From contig JADJFC010000001.1 of assembly GCA_016708785.1 (NCBI GenBank), forward strand, positions 176,147 through 240,146: 64,000 nt of DNA. Direction: 5' to 3'. How positions within the stretch are numbered: position 1 is the first letter of the stretch; each line of letters starts with the position of its first letter. The notes under the pieces are model-generated. The model ran no database searches. It had not been told where the DNA came from and was given only the letters and a program-made list of their open reading frames with translations. Shown here one piece after another: positions 62,875 through 64,000 of the stretch. The DNA is from Bacteroidota bacterium (lineage in GTDB: Bacteria > Bacteroidota > Bacteroidia > AKYH767-A > 2013-40CM-41-45). The position numbers and the translations under genes were made by a program.

Positions 62875-64000
62875 ACGAAAAAACTCCTACTTTCTCTGAT
62901 TACCGCTTGCGGTATTTCAATCAGCAGCTTTGCACAATGTGCACCCGGATTTGCAGAGGTCATCGTGCAAATTATCCCGGACACTCATCCAACAGAAACT
63001 TCCTGGACACTTGCAGACAACAGCGGAACGATCGTTGCTTCCGGTGATTCGCTCGGAGATACATTATGTCTTCCGGAGAATGAATGTGATATGTTTCACA
63101 TCTACGATACATTCGGTGATGGGATCAATAGTCCGGGTGGCTATTTCGTTTATGTAAACGGTGTATTAAAAGCAAGTGGTTCAAACTTCGGTTCCGATTA
63201 TCTGGTATCAGTAAATTGTCCGGATGGTAGTTTCTGTACTAATTCACTACCAATTGATACAGGCACGTATTCTGGCGTGTTTGAAGACTCATGGTTCACT
63301 TTTACACCTACTCAAACCGGAACTTATTTACTCACTACATGTGGTTTAAACACATGTAATACTCAAATTTGGGTATATGCTACTTGTCCAACGATTCCTT
63401 ACCAGGATAATGCTACCGGTACTTATGCTTACAATGATGACAATGCATGCGGGCTTCAAGCAGATATGTTAACAGCGTTTTTTGCAGGAACAACCTATCT
63501 GATTCGTGTTGGTGATGCATTAAACTCTTGTACAGGATCAATCAATTTCAGATTGGCATATGTCAGCGCTATTCAAGGCTGTACAGACCCTGCTTCTTGT
63601 AATTACAATCCAATTGCTGTAATCGATGATGGAAGCTGCATTTATCCGCCAAACCCTCTTTGTGCCGGTCCCGATCTTCAAATCGATTCAATTTCTTTCA
63701 TAAGCAGTTTGGCGATCACTTCGCATACTGCAGCAACATGTGACGTTGACGAAGGATGCGTTACCCGGTTACGGTACAAGATATGTAATGAGATTTACTT
63801 CGAAGATCAACAACATCGGTACGCTCGATTACTACATTGGAAGTCCTTCTTCTCAACCGGGCATGTTCAATACCAATAACTGCCACGGTCATGCACATTA
63901 CGAAGGCTATGGCGACTACAGACTATTCAATTCAGATGGAAACTTGGTTCCTGCAGGACATAAAAACGGCTATTGCGTGATCGATCTTTGCGGTTTTGGA
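62875..64000 (+). pseudogene. Secreted Cys-rich protein with a C-terminal lysyl-oxidase-like domain; no canonical start, one frameshift, 3' end outside the window
   Basis: The frame of ORF 62965-63879 extends upstream as T-KKLLLSLITACGISISSFAQ (signal-peptide-like), with ACG at 62875 where ATG is expected. Near the CCCGG run at 63764-63768 the reading frame shifts. The downstream frame reads GYGTRYVMRFTSKINNIGTLDYYIG...NNCHGHAHYEGYGDYRLFNSDGNLVPAGHKNGYCVIDLCGFG to the window end. This matches the LOX Cu site (HxHxH) and the LTQ lysine context (GHK..(F/Y)C). Confidence 0.65.

Noticed and set aside
62778-63157. ORFs 62778-63047 and 62930-63157
   Set aside because: They run through the receptor terminator and are out of frame with the Cys-rich/LOX-like reading frame that has coherent domain content. 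They are likely artefacts.

Overview
AT-rich chromosomal segment that looks like Bacteroidota. The evidence is several T9SS (Por) C-terminal sorting domains, TAnnTTTG -7 promoter boxes, no Shine-Dalgarno signals, a 287-aa sigma-A, bacillithiol bshB1, and the kdsC-ubiA-maf arrangement. I support about 58 protein-coding genes, which are densely packed with many 0-4 nt junctions or overlaps, and one tRNA-His(GTG). I saw no rRNA, CRISPR array, transposase, integrase or prophage. Most genes are housekeeping: pfkA, corA, ahpC, mazG, apaG, an ABC-F protein, crcB, dapF, htrA, rpoD, gap, mnmA, a POT peptide transporter, a copA-type P1B ATPase, bshB1, ccmBCDEF, kdsC, maf and ogt. The accessory-looking content is secreted T9SS cargo: a 7x PKD protein, a beta-propeller protein, and two tandem BNR/Asp-box paralogs.

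Things worth a second look:
1. A family of short word repeats (GTGAA/TTCAC, CGAAAAA, CGAATAA, GGATTT, GGTAAGT) sits exactly at gene ends or leaders. Many form long hairpins. They include a (TTCAC)24 array abutting the pfkA stop and mirror-image heptamer arrays in front of two divergent peroxiredoxin genes.
2. A perfect 19-bp inverted repeat buries the start codon of a DnaQ-exonuclease/GIY-YIG fusion gene.
3. That gene is tightly coupled to a monothiol thioredoxin-fold protein and a lipoprotein combining a CxxCH heme motif with a PHM/DBH-like copper monooxygenase ligand pattern.
4. The System I cytochrome c maturation cluster has a CcmE with CxxxY instead of HxxxY and no ccmA/G/H nearby. Its ccmB overlaps a beta-CASP MBL hydrolase gene by 1 nt.
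5. A lipoprotein with seven CxxCH motifs is fused to TPR repeats.
6. In the last 3.7 kb, a His/Cys-rich small protein is followed by a TonB-dependent receptor broken by two poly-A indels. Next comes a lysyl-oxidase-like gene with no canonical start and one frameshift. I noticed no other broken gene in the preceding 60 kb.

All calls come from reading the ORF translations and the DNA by eye. No database search, HMM, folding or GC computation was run.
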